Below are positions 1 through 7,688 of a stretch of DNA of 11,657 nt, in pieces. The stretch comes from Archangium sp. Lineage in GTDB: Bacteria; Myxococcota; Myxococcia; Myxococcales; Myxococcaceae. The DNA is taken from the NCBI GenBank assembly GCA_031367385.1, contig JANLPS010000044.1, positions 1 to 11,657 on the forward strand, read 5' to 3'. Position 1 is the stretch's first letter, and each line of letters starts with the position of its first letter. The translations under genes and the position numbers were made by a program. The notes beneath the pieces are model-generated. The model searched no databases. It was given only the letters and a program-made list of their open reading frames with translations, and was not told the origin of the DNA.

Positions 1-531
1 GCGCCCACCGACGGCGGCACCCAGGTCACGGTTCAAGCGAGCAACCTGCCTGATGGGCAAGGCCCGGGGTATGAGGCCGGCTGGAAGGACTTCTACTTCA
101 CGCCGATGACCGAGTACTTCGGCACGCCCGGCGCCAAGTTCAAAGAGGCCGCCGATGCGCTCGAGAACGCCGTCGAGGCGGCGGTCGACCAGGCCTCTGC
201 CCAGATGACCAAGGTCGTCAACAGCGCGAAAAAAGGGTCAGCCAAGGCGGTGAAGTCGGCCAAGAAGGCGGCGTCGAGCTTCAGCAACAAGGTGCGGGCG
301 GCCCTCAAGCCCAAGGCCAAAGCGAAGGCCAAGCCCGCGAAAAAAGCGGCGGCGAGCGCCAAAAAGACCGCCCTGTCGGCGAAAAAGGCCGTGAAGAAGG
401 TCGTGGCCAAGGCCTCGAAGGCCCTCAAGGGCAAGCCGGCCAAGAAGGTCGCGGCCAAGGCTTCGAAGGCCGTGAAGAAGGCGGCGCCGGCGAAGAAGAA
501 GTCGGCCTCGAAGAAAAAGAGCCGTCGCTAA
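1..531 (+). CDS. 5'-truncated SRPBCC/AHA1 (START-like) domain protein with C-terminal Lys/Ala-rich histone H1-like tail
   Basis: Frame 1 is open from base 1: APTDGGTQVTVQASNLPDGQGPGYEAGWKDFYFTPMTEYFG, resembling the C-terminal strand and 'GW..(Y)F..M..YF' helix of SRPBCC/AHA1-like domains. An Ala-rich helix and a KKAA/KPAKK low-complexity tail follow, ending at TAA 529-531. The ORF-track start at 106 is an internal Met. Confidence 0.75.
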   Translation, partial: APTDGGTQVTVQASNLPDGQGPGYEAGWKDFYFTPMTEYFGTPGAKFKEAADALENAVEAAVDQASAQMTKVVNSAKKGSAKAVKSAKKAASSFSNKVRAALKPKAKAKAKPAKKAAASAKKTALSAKKAVKKVVAKASKALKGKPAKKVAAKASKAVKKAAPAKKKSASKKKSRR

Positions 532-547
532 CCTCGGGTTGAGAATT

Positions 548-574
548 GGGCGGAGTCTTTTGATAAGTCCGCCC
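548..574. promoter_or_regulatory. Intergenic stem-loop GGGCGGA-N13-TCCGCCC directly upstream of ATG 576
   Basis: Perfect 7-bp inverted repeat (548-554 / 568-574). It has no clear U-tract, so its role (pause, RNA stability, translational control or operator) is undetermined. Confidence 0.35.
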
Positions 575-575
575 G

Positions 576-2459
576 ATGCTCGTGGGTCCCCGTTGGTTGT
601 TCGCCGTGTGTGTCACCCTGACGGCGCTCGGTTGTACTTCGGGCACGGGCTGCGGCGGCTTCGTCTCGCAGGCTCCGGGCACGTACCAGGGCCCGAAAAT
701 CGACTCTGCTGGGGCCTTGCGGGTGAGCCAACACGGCTTCGCGACGCTCAGCGCCAACGGCGGCACCGCGCTGCTCGAGCTGATCGCGCCCGGAGGGACT
801 CTCGATACCAAAGTGAGCTGCGCGACCCAGGTGTTCTTGGGCGAGACCTTCGCGACGTCTGATCAAGGCGGCGTGGGCTGCACTGACGAGTCGTGTGGCC
901 GCGGAGACGGCAAGTGCGACGCCCTCGATGTACCTCAACCGGTGTCGATCGCGGTGAGCAGCTTGACGCTCCACTCGGCGACCCCTGATTTAATCGAAGC
1001 CAACCTCACCGCGACGGTGAAGACCGGCGACATCATCATCTCGTCGGCCAAGCGCAGCTCGGGCCTGTGCCTCTTGTTCGGTGGAGGCCCGGTGAAATGC
1101 GCCTTCGACTTCGACTCGACTCGGCAGCAACCGCTGACCAATGTGTTGACGGTGCAGATCAAGCTCGCGATTCGCAATGGGTTGCTCTCACTCGAGCTCG
1201 CCGACCTCACGGGCACCAAGGCCTGCGGCTCGGGCGCGAACCAGGAGTGCATCGACCCCGACGACATTCTGATCTCCCGGGTGACTGGCGGCTGCAACGT
1301 GTGCTCGACCTTGAACTCGGCCCTGGTGAAGCAGCTGCTCATCGACCAGCTGACCAAGTCGCTCAAGACGCAGCTCACCAAGTCGCTGAACAAGGTGACC
1401 TGCCAGCCTTGCGCGAACGGCACCAATCTCTGCCCGACCAACGCCGCGTGCGTCGTCGATGCCGTGACCGATGCCGGCACCTGTATGGAAAGCGCCGGAG
1501 GCCTGTGCAGCCCACGCTTTCTCGGGCTCGAAGGGCGCGCCGACCTGGGCACCTCGTTGGCCAGCTTCGGAGTGCCAGGCACCGCGGCCCTCGACGTGAG
1601 CCTCGCGCTCGGCGGCTCGACCACGGCCGAGCCCAAAGGGGCGAGCATCGGCATGCGCGGAGGGATGAGAGAAGTGGTCATCGCTCCGTGCGTCACGCCG
1701 CTCACGCCGACGACGTTGCCGAACCTGCCGTTGCCCAACTTCGATCTCGATGGGCCGGCGTCGTATGACCTGGCGTTTTCGCTCTCTCAGCAGCTGGTCT
1801 CAGAGGCGATGTTTCACGCGCAGCAGTCGGGCGCGCTGTGCCTCGAGATCGGCACCGAGACGGTGACCCAGCTCGACTCGGCCACGCTCGAGACCTTCTT
1901 GCCCTCGCTCAAAGTATTCTCTCACGGCACCAACGTGCCGATGCGCGTGGTGATTCGGCCGGTCAACCCACCGACAGCGCTCATCGGTACGGGGACCCTC
2001 GACGCGCAAGGCAAGCCGCTCGACCCGTTGATCAAGCTGAGCTGGCCGGGCGTTGAAATCGACATGTACGCGAAGGTTGAAGAGCGCCTGGTGCGCCTGT
2101 TCACCATCAGCGCCGACCTCGAGCTGCCGCTGGGGCTCGAGCTGTCAGGCTGCGGCTCGCTCAAGCCGGTGATTGGCGACTTGATGAACGCGGTGAAGAA
2201 GGTCGAAGTGAAGAACTCAGAGCTGCTCTCTGAAGATCTGGCCGCGATCGCCAAGCTGGTGCCGACCCTGCTGACACTGGCGCAGCCCGCGTTGTCGAAG
2301 GGGTTGCCCGCGGTCGCTCTGCCCTCGTTGGGCTCGACGCTACCCTTTCAAGTCAAGCTGCTGCAGGCGCGCGGCGTGGGTCAGGTGGCAGGCACGACGC
2401 AGTACAACCACCTGGGCATCTATGCGGCTCTGGTGAGCCCCGACGGCGGTTGCAACTAA
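576..2459 (+). CDS. Large Cys-rich predicted lipoprotein (627 aa), possibly with tubular lipid-binding (BPI/LBP, TULIP)-like lobes
   Basis: Hydrophobic N-terminus with lipobox-like 'LTALG-C20' and about 20 Cys in paired motifs. Long amphipathic helices alternate with long beta-strands ('YDLAFSLSQQLVSEAMFHAQQSGALCLEI'), reminiscent of BPI-like folds. The fold call is inference. Confidence 0.7.
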   Translation: MLVGPRWLFAVCVTLTALGCTSGTGCGGFVSQAPGTYQGPKIDSAGALRVSQHGFATLSANGGTALLELIAPGGTLDTKVSCATQVFLGETFATSDQGGVGCTDESCGRGDGKCDALDVPQPVSIAVSSLTLHSATPDLIEANLTATVKTGDIIISSAKRSSGLCLLFGGGPVKCAFDFDSTRQQPLTNVLTVQIKLAIRNGLLSLELADLTGTKACGSGANQECIDPDDILISRVTGGCNVCSTLNSALVKQLLIDQLTKSLKTQLTKSLNKVTCQPCANGTNLCPTNAACVVDAVTDAGTCMESAGGLCSPRFLGLEGRADLGTSLASFGVPGTAALDVSLALGGSTTAEPKGASIGMRGGMREVVIAPCVTPLTPTTLPNLPLPNFDLDGPASYDLAFSLSQQLVSEAMFHAQQSGALCLEIGTETVTQLDSATLETFLPSLKVFSHGTNVPMRVVIRPVNPPTALIGTGTLDAQGKPLDPLIKLSWPGVEIDMYAKVEERLVRLFTISADLELPLGLELSGCGSLKPVIGDLMNAVKKVEVKNSELLSEDLAAIAKLVPTLLTLAQPALSKGLPAVALPSLGSTLPFQVKLLQARGVGQVAGTTQYNHLGIYAALVSPDGGCN

Positions 2460-3568
2460 GCCTTCAGAAAGTCACGGAGCCGCTCGTAGACTGGCTCGCT
2501 GCTCAACAGCGCCAGGTGCGTCGTGTTCGAGGCGACCCAGGTTTCGGTGAAGGCCAACGTCAACGCGGGGCTGGCGTGACGACCAAGGGCGCTGTCGACC
2601 GGCACCAACCCGTCGCTGCCTGAACCCGTGTCACCGGCGATGGCGAGCGTTTTCACCCCGGGCGGGAGCGGCACTGCGCTGCGAGCATCGGCCCCGGGCT
2701 CGAAGCGGCCCTTGCCCTCCCAGTGCTCGTCGAGCACGTTGCCGTACCGCAAATCAGTCACGCCCGCGCTTCGCAGCTGCCCCAACCTTGCCAGCGGCGC
2801 GCTGTAGCGGCTCACGGTCAGCAGCACGTCGGTGAGGTTGCCCAAGCGCTCGAGGGGCGACCCGTGATGCGGCGTGCCCAACGTCACCACCTTCGTCGCC
2901 GCACGTCGCCACTGCGACCCTTCGCCGTGAACGAACGCGCTCCGCATCACCAGGCCGCCCATGCTGTGACCGATGAGCACCAGCTCGGTGACGGGTGACG
3001 GCCAGGTCGTGACCAGCTGCTCGAGCGCGGCGCTCAGCAGCCGCCCGTTCACAGAAACATGAAGGCCGCTGTTGTAGAGCGCGTACACCGGCGCGAAGCC
3101 GAGGTCTTTCGCCAGCTCAGCCCCGTGGTCATGGCCCGCGCGACGCCACTGCTCGTCGTTCATCGACGACCCGTGCACCAGCACCGCGATTCTGTCGCCG
3201 ACCCCTCGCGCGAGCAGCTGCATCTCAATCGCCAAAGGGTTGCCGGTCTCGGCGAGGTAATCACCCATCACGCCGTTGAGCGCCGAGAGCACCGCGCTGC
3301 GCTCGAGACCCGCTTGGTCGAGCACCGGTGCCAACTTCGAGAGCGCCAGGTCGAGCGTCGAGCCGACCAGGCCGGTGACGCCCCGAATCGCTCCGTAGGT
3401 AGGAGCGGTCACCACCTTCACGATCTTTTCGAGGGGTCGCCCGAGTACGTTTGGCCCAGCGCCAATGGTGCGGTGCATGGCCTCGACGATGTCGGTGACG
3501 CTGCGCGTGGCCTCGATGGCCAAGGTGGTGGCTCCACGGAGCTGGTCAATCAGCGTCTTCTTCGCCAT
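2456..3568 (-). CDS. Alpha/beta hydrolase, PGAP1-like esterase/lipase family
   Basis: Nucleophile elbow GHSMGG, oxyanion 'VLVHGS', 'TLGTPHHGSPLE', acid 'SDGLVP' and 'THLALL' His. Stop overlaps the stop of the convergent lipoprotein gene (2456-2459). Confidence 0.9.
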   Translation of the reverse strand: MAKKTLIDQLRGATTLAIEATRSVTDIVEAMHRTIGAGPNVLGRPLEKIVKVVTAPTYGAIRGVTGLVGSTLDLALSKLAPVLDQAGLERSAVLSALNGVMGDYLAETGNPLAIEMQLLARGVGDRIAVLVHGSSMNDEQWRRAGHDHGAELAKDLGFAPVYALYNSGLHVSVNGRLLSAALEQLVTTWPSPVTELVLIGHSMGGLVMRSAFVHGEGSQWRRAATKVVTLGTPHHGSPLERLGNLTDVLLTVSRYSAPLARLGQLRSAGVTDLRYGNVLDEHWEGKGRFEPGADARSAVPLPPGVKTLAIAGDTGSGSDGLVPVDSALGRHASPALTLAFTETWVASNTTHLALLSSEPVYERLRDFLKA

Positions 3569-3621
3569 GCAGGCAAGAGCGTTGCACGCGGCGGCGGCAA
3601 CTCAAATCGTGTTAACTCGAG

Positions 3622-3972
3622 GTGATGAGAGTCCTTCGACTGCGCTTAGGACGAACGGGGTGGCTCGTTCTCTGTCTGGTCATCGCGGCTCCGTCGTGGG
3701 CTGAGTTTCGGGCGTGCGAGCAGGTCGAGGGCCAGCCGTCGCCGCCATCGGCGCAGAAAGTGCGCGTGGTCTTCATCAACCGCTCGGAGCACCTGCGCGG
3801 GCTCTACTGGCTCGACTTCGAGGGCCACCGCAAGCTCTACACCTGGCTCAAGCCTGGTCAGACCTACGACGTCGACAGCTTCGTCGGCCACGCGTGGGCC
3901 ATCGTCGACAAGCGCCACCGCTGCCGTCGCGGCTTCGTGGTGACCGGCGTCGAAGAGGTCACCATCGATTGA
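3622..3972 (+). CDS. Secreted von Hippel-Lindau (VHL) beta-domain protein
   Basis: Signal peptide ending SWA|E, then 'VVFINRS...LYWLDFEG...Y..L.PG......SFVGHAWAIVD', the VHL beta-domain signature. Start GTG 3622 or ATG 3625, preceded by GAGG. Confidence 0.85.
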   Translation: MMRVLRLRLGRTGWLVLCLVIAAPSWAEFRACEQVEGQPSPPSAQKVRVVFINRSEHLRGLYWLDFEGHRKLYTWLKPGQTYDVDSFVGHAWAIVDKRHRCRRGFVVTGVEEVTID

Positions 3973-4579
3973 CCATCGCGGCGCGTTTCTTCTGCCGATC
4001 GCGGGCCCAGGTGAGCACTCGCAGGCCCATCAACACCACGTACACCGCCGAGTAGATCAACGCCTCGGTCGCCAGGGTCTTGCCGCGCCAGACGAAGTGA
4101 ACGCAGGCCAGCGCGCCGATGACGTAGACCAGGCGATGCAGCCTCTTCCACCGGGCAAAGCCGAGCCGCTTCACCGCGTTCGCCGTCGAGGTCACCGCCA
4201 GGGGTATCAAAGACAGCCAGGCCACGAAGCCCACCGTGATGAACGGCCGCTTCACCACGTCGTCGAGCAACACCTGCCAGTCGAGCCCATGGTCGATGAC
4301 CGACCAGGTGATGAAGTGCAGGCACGCGTAGGTGAACGCCAGGTTGCCGAGGTGTTTGCGAATGCGAATCGGCCAGGTGAGGCCCAGGTATTTCTGCGCT
4401 GGGGTGCAGCTCAAGCACGCCAACAAGCTCACCAACGTGAGCAGCCCGAGGCGGTTCAAGCCCTCGGCCACCGGGTTGGCGCCCAGGCCCCCGCTCTGTG
4501 CTTCGAGCAGCAGCATCGGCACCGGCAGCAGCCCCCCGGTCCACACGGCGGGTATCAACCAGGGCACCGGCTTCGCCAT
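3959..4579 (-). CDS. msrQ: Protein-methionine-sulfoxide reductase heme-binding membrane subunit MsrQ (YedZ; ferric reductase-like)
   Basis: 'LGANPVAE', 'RKHLGNLAFTYACLHF', 'KRPFITVG', 'LAVTST', 'WKRLHRLVY...HF' with heme-ligand His residues and several TM helices. TAATG overlap with the rpe stop. Confidence 0.92.
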   Translation of the reverse strand: MAKPVPWLIPAVWTGGLLPVPMLLLEAQSGGLGANPVAEGLNRLGLLTLVSLLACLSCTPAQKYLGLTWPIRIRKHLGNLAFTYACLHFITWSVIDHGLDWQVLLDDVVKRPFITVGFVAWLSLIPLAVTSTANAVKRLGFARWKRLHRLVYVIGALACVHFVWRGKTLATEALIYSAVYVVLMGLRVLTWARDRQKKRAAMVNRW

Positions 4580-5232
4580 TACGGTCGCAGCGCGGCGATG
4601 GCCGCTCGGTAGTCTTTCGAGCGAAAGACGTGATTGCCCGCGACGAGCACGGTGGCTCCGGCGGCGATGACCTGTTTGGCGGTGTCGGCGTTGATGCCTC
4701 CGTCGACCTCGATGTCGACGTGCCCCAGGCCACGGGCGTTGAGCTGCTCACGCAGCCTTCGAACCTTGTCGACCGTGGCCGTGATGAAGCTCTGGCCGCC
4801 GAAGCCGGGGTTCACCGACATCAGCAAGACCTGCGAGACCTCGCCCAGCACCTCTTCAATCGCCACCAGCGGCGTCGACGGGTTGAGCACCACCGACGGC
4901 TTGGCCCCCGCGTCGCGAATCTGGTGCAGCGTGCGGTGCAGGTGCGGGCAGGTCTCGGCATGCACCGTGATGATGCTCGCGCCGGCTTTGGCGAAGTCAG
5001 CGATGTACTTTTCGGGCTCGACGATCATCAGGTGCACATCGAGCGGCAGGCCCGTCGCCTTGCGCACCGCCTCGACCACCAGCGGGCCGATGGTGATGTT
5101 GGGCACGAAGCGGCCGTCCATCACGTCGACGTGCACGTAGTCAGCACCGGCGGCTTCGATGGCCTTGACCTCTTCGGCGAGGCGCCCGAAATCGGCTGAG
5201 AGAATCGAGGGCGCAATTTTCACGGCGGTCAT
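4579..5232 (-). CDS. rpe: Ribulose-phosphate 3-epimerase
   Basis: Canonical motifs [54 protein letters not shown] overlap with the upstream MBL gene. Confidence 0.98.
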   Translation of the reverse strand: MTAVKIAPSILSADFGRLAEEVKAIEAAGADYVHVDVMDGRFVPNITIGPLVVEAVRKATGLPLDVHLMIVEPEKYIADFAKAGASIITVHAETCPHLHRTLHQIRDAGAKPSVVLNPSTPLVAIEEVLGEVSQVLLMSVNPGFGGQSFITATVDKVRRLREQLNARGLGHVDIEVDGGINADTAKQVIAAGATVLVAGNHVFRSKDYRAAIAALRP

Positions 5233-6080
5233 GGGTGCTCCAAAGCTGTGTACATCTGCCGAATGGTCTTTTCACGACTCGAGCCACCGAACGGCATCGC
5301 CTGCAGGTCATCGAAGCCCGTCAGGTGAATCTCACGTACCGCATCGTCAGCGGTTTTGCCGCTTTCACGCGACTGCCGCACCGCTGCCTCGACCGCCGCA
5401 AGGTAATCGCGCACGTGCTCGACCTGGGCTCGGGTCATCACGTCTCCGTGACCGGGCAAGACCTGGGTGAAATCGAGCGCGAGCAACCGGTCGAGCGTGG
5501 AGCGAAAGGCCAGCGCGTTGCCCCCCGCCTGCTCGTCGATTCGCGGCTCGTAGCCATTCACCAGCAGATCTCCGGCGACCAGAATCTTTCGAGAGACCAG
5601 CAGCGCGACCAGGTCTCCATCGGTGTGGCCGGCGCCGAGGTACATGATTTGAACGGTTTCTCCGCCCAGGAGCAGCTCGATGGAGTGCTCGACCTCGACG
5701 AAGGGCGCGTGGGTGCCCTCGGCTTCGAGGCGCTTGCGGGTGGCGGGGTGCACGATCACCGCACCTACATTGGGGTACAGGTTCAGACCCCCGGCATGGT
5801 CTGGGTGCGAGTGGGTCAGCAGCAACCGCCGCACCGACTTGGCAAGCTCGGTCTCGACCTCGTAGCGCAGCTGGCGGGCCATGCCGGCGAATTTCACGTC
5901 GGTGATGAAGGCCTGATCATCGTGGGTGAGCACCAGGGAGTTGCCCCCACCTCCGAGAAAGAAGAGCACCCGCTCGTCGATTCGGCGCTTGTCGACCCGC
6001 AGAAACATCTGCGCGGCGCACCCGGCGAGCAGCGCACAGCAGGCCGTCGCGGCGATGAGTCGGTTCACGGCGGGCAACAT
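5229..6080 (-). CDS. Metallo-beta-lactamase-fold hydrolase (cyclase/glyoxalase II-like), predicted lipoprotein
   Basis: HxHxDH (THSHPDH), GHTDGD, AGDL and PGHG metal-binding motifs; lipobox LLAG-C. Start placed at ATG 6080 (or GTG 6068) rather than 6155, so that the signal peptide is N-terminal. Confidence 0.88.
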   Translation of the reverse strand: MLPAVNRLIAATACCALLAGCAAQMFLRVDKRRIDERVLFFLGGGGNSLVLTHDDQAFITDVKFAGMARQLRYEVETELAKSVRRLLLTHSHPDHAGGLNLYPNVGAVIVHPATRKRLEAEGTHAPFVEVEHSIELLLGGETVQIMYLGAGHTDGDLVALLVSRKILVAGDLLVNGYEPRIDEQAGGNALAFRSTLDRLLALDFTQVLPGHGDVMTRAQVEHVRDYLAAVEAAVRQSRESGKTADDAVREIHLTGFDDLQAMPFGGSSREKTIRQMYTALEHP

Positions 6081-6162
6081 CACTTGTGGCGGCCCCGATT
6101 TCCACGACGAAACTGTGTTTGCCGTGTTGCGGAGCCCCCTTCGAGGGAGGAACATCGCAAGC

Positions 6163-7686
6163 GTGTCTGACTTTCAAGAGGAAAAGACCTCCCCATCGGT
6201 AAGCCCGCTTCAAGCCACGATGCGGCGGGTCAACAAGCTGAACTCGATTCTCGAGGTGGCGAAGGCGATGACCGCCGCCCACAACCTCGACACGCTGCTG
6301 CCGTTGATCATGGTCGAGGCGGCCCGGGTCGTCGAAGCCGACCGGTGCTCGCTGTTCATCGTCGACCGGCACCGCAACGAGCTGTGGAGCCGGGTCGCGC
6401 AGGGTACCACCGGCGAGATTCGTTTGCCGATGGGCCAGGGCATCGCCGGCTCGGTCGCGCAGACCGGCGTGCTGGTGAACTTGAAAGACGCCTACGCCGA
6501 CCCCCGCTTCAATCGGGAGTGGGACGTGAAGAACGGCTATCGCACCTCGAGCATTCTGTGCGTGCCGATGCGCGATACGCGGGGCGATGTGACCGGCGTG
6601 ATTCAGGCGCTCAATTCGGTGCACGCGGCGTTCGATGCTGAAGACGAAGAGCTGATGCTGGCGTTGGGTGGGCAGGCGGCGCAGGCAATTGAAAACGCGA
6701 TGCTGCACGAAGAGATCAACTCGCTGTTCGAGGGTTTCGTGCAGGCCTCGGTGGGGGCGATTGAGTCACGCGACCCCACCACGGCCGGGCACTCGAGCCG
6801 GGTGGCGTCGCTGACGGTGGCGTTGGCGCAGACGACTGAGATGACTCCGGGGGGGCCGTACCGCGGGCTGACGTTCACCGCCGACCAGCTGCAGGAGCTT
6901 CGCTACGCGTCACTGCTTCACGACTTCGGCAAGATCGGCGTGCGCGAGAACGTGCTGGTCAAGGCCGACAAGCTGTACGGGCATGAGCTCGATTTGCTCA
7001 AGCAGCGGTTCGAGCTGGCCCGGCGCGACCGGCAGATGTCGTCGCTGCAGCGCAAGCTCGACGCAGTGAAGATTCGTGGTGAGCGGGCCTTCGACGAGAT
7101 TGAAGCTGAAGAGAAAGCCCGGCTCGAGGCGTCGCTCAAGGAGCTCGATGAGGCGTTCGAGTTCGTGCTGCAGGCGAACCGGCCGACGGTGTTGGCGCAG
7201 GGTGGCTTCGAGAAGCTGGCGGGGCTCTCGAGCATCGCGTTCAACGATTCGCGCGACCGGGTGCAGATGCTGCTGACTCCGGGTGAGGTGCAGGTGCTCT
7301 CGATACCGAAGGGCTCGCTGTCGGTGGCCGAGCGTCGCGAGATCGAGTCGCATGTGACGCACACCTTTCGGTTTCTCTCGCAGATACCGTGGACACGAAC
7401 GCTCAAGCGGGTGCCGGAGATTGCGTATGCGCATCACGAGAAGCTCGATGGCAAGGGCTACCCGCGGGCCATTGCGGTCGAGCTGATACCGGTGCAGTCG
7501 AAGATGATGGCGATTTCAGACATCTACGATGCGCTGACCGCGAGCGACCGGCCGTACAAGAAGGCGGTGCCCCATGCGCTGGCGCTCGACATTTTGCACA
7601 AAGAGGCAGCGGGCGGGCAGCTCGACCCTGAGCTGCTGAAGATCTTCGTTGAGGCCGACATCCCCGGGCGGGTCGCGAAGAAGTAG
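6163..7686 (+). CDS. GAF domain + HD-GYP cyclic dinucleotide phosphodiesterase
   Basis: GAF: 'ADRCSLFIVD', 'GIAGSVAQTG', 'DAYADPRFN', 'ILCVPM', 'GVIQALN'. HD-GYP: 'ESRDPTTAGHS', 'LHDFGKIG', 'HHEKLDGKGYP', 'DIYDALT', 'RPYKK'. Start placed at GTG 6163 after GGAGG (6146-6150); ATG 6220 is the alternative. The ORF-track start at 5926 would overlap the MBL gene. Confidence 0.93.
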   Translation: MSDFQEEKTSPSVSPLQATMRRVNKLNSILEVAKAMTAAHNLDTLLPLIMVEAARVVEADRCSLFIVDRHRNELWSRVAQGTTGEIRLPMGQGIAGSVAQTGVLVNLKDAYADPRFNREWDVKNGYRTSSILCVPMRDTRGDVTGVIQALNSVHAAFDAEDEELMLALGGQAAQAIENAMLHEEINSLFEGFVQASVGAIESRDPTTAGHSSRVASLTVALAQTTEMTPGGPYRGLTFTADQLQELRYASLLHDFGKIGVRENVLVKADKLYGHELDLLKQRFELARRDRQMSSLQRKLDAVKIRGERAFDEIEAEEKARLEASLKELDEAFEFVLQANRPTVLAQGGFEKLAGLSSIAFNDSRDRVQMLLTPGEVQVLSIPKGSLSVAERREIESHVTHTFRFLSQIPWTRTLKRVPEIAYAHHEKLDGKGYPRAIAVELIPVQSKMMAISDIYDALTASDRPYKKAVPHALALDILHKEAAGGQLDPELLKIFVEADIPGRVAKK

Positions 7687-7688
7687 CA

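Noticed and set aside
93..458. Hydrophobic 121-aa minus-strand ORF that looks like a membrane protein
   Set aside because: It is the antisense reading of the Lys/Ala codons (AAG/GCC give Leu/Phe/Ala) of the H1-like tail.
230..528. Repetitive AAGAAGGC-type DNA, considered as a tandem repeat or CRISPR array
   Set aside because: No fixed-length repeat-spacer structure; explained by low-complexity protein coding.
3581..3601. GTTGC-N11-GCAAC inverted repeat in the divergent hydrolase/VHL intergenic region
   Set aside because: Only 5-bp arms and a single occurrence; could be an operator but is not distinguishable from chance.
5229..6080. Calling the MBL-fold protein a true beta-lactamase or resistance gene
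   Set aside because: The motifs identify only the superfamily; the substrate cannot be assigned from sequence.
6137..6147. CCCT-TCG-AGGG mini-hairpin overlapping the HD-GYP SD; considered as part of a riboswitch
   Set aside because: A 4-bp stem only, with no recognisable c-di-GMP or other riboswitch consensus in the short leader.
5926..6162. Long N-terminal extensions of the HD-GYP ORF (from 5926) and the MBL ORF (to 6155), implying a head-to-head overlap
   Set aside because: No domain content. Better starts at 6163 (with SD) and 6080/6068 (signal peptide) leave a normal divergent intergenic region.
5235..6170. 311-aa plus-strand ORF, and other long antisense or alternate-frame ORFs (e.g. 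935..1738, 3864..4751, 4498..5199, 5917..6708, 9124..9834, 9269..9931, 10746..11387)
   Set aside because: Shadow ORFs expected in high-GC DNA. They overlap well-supported genes and show no recognisable motifs.
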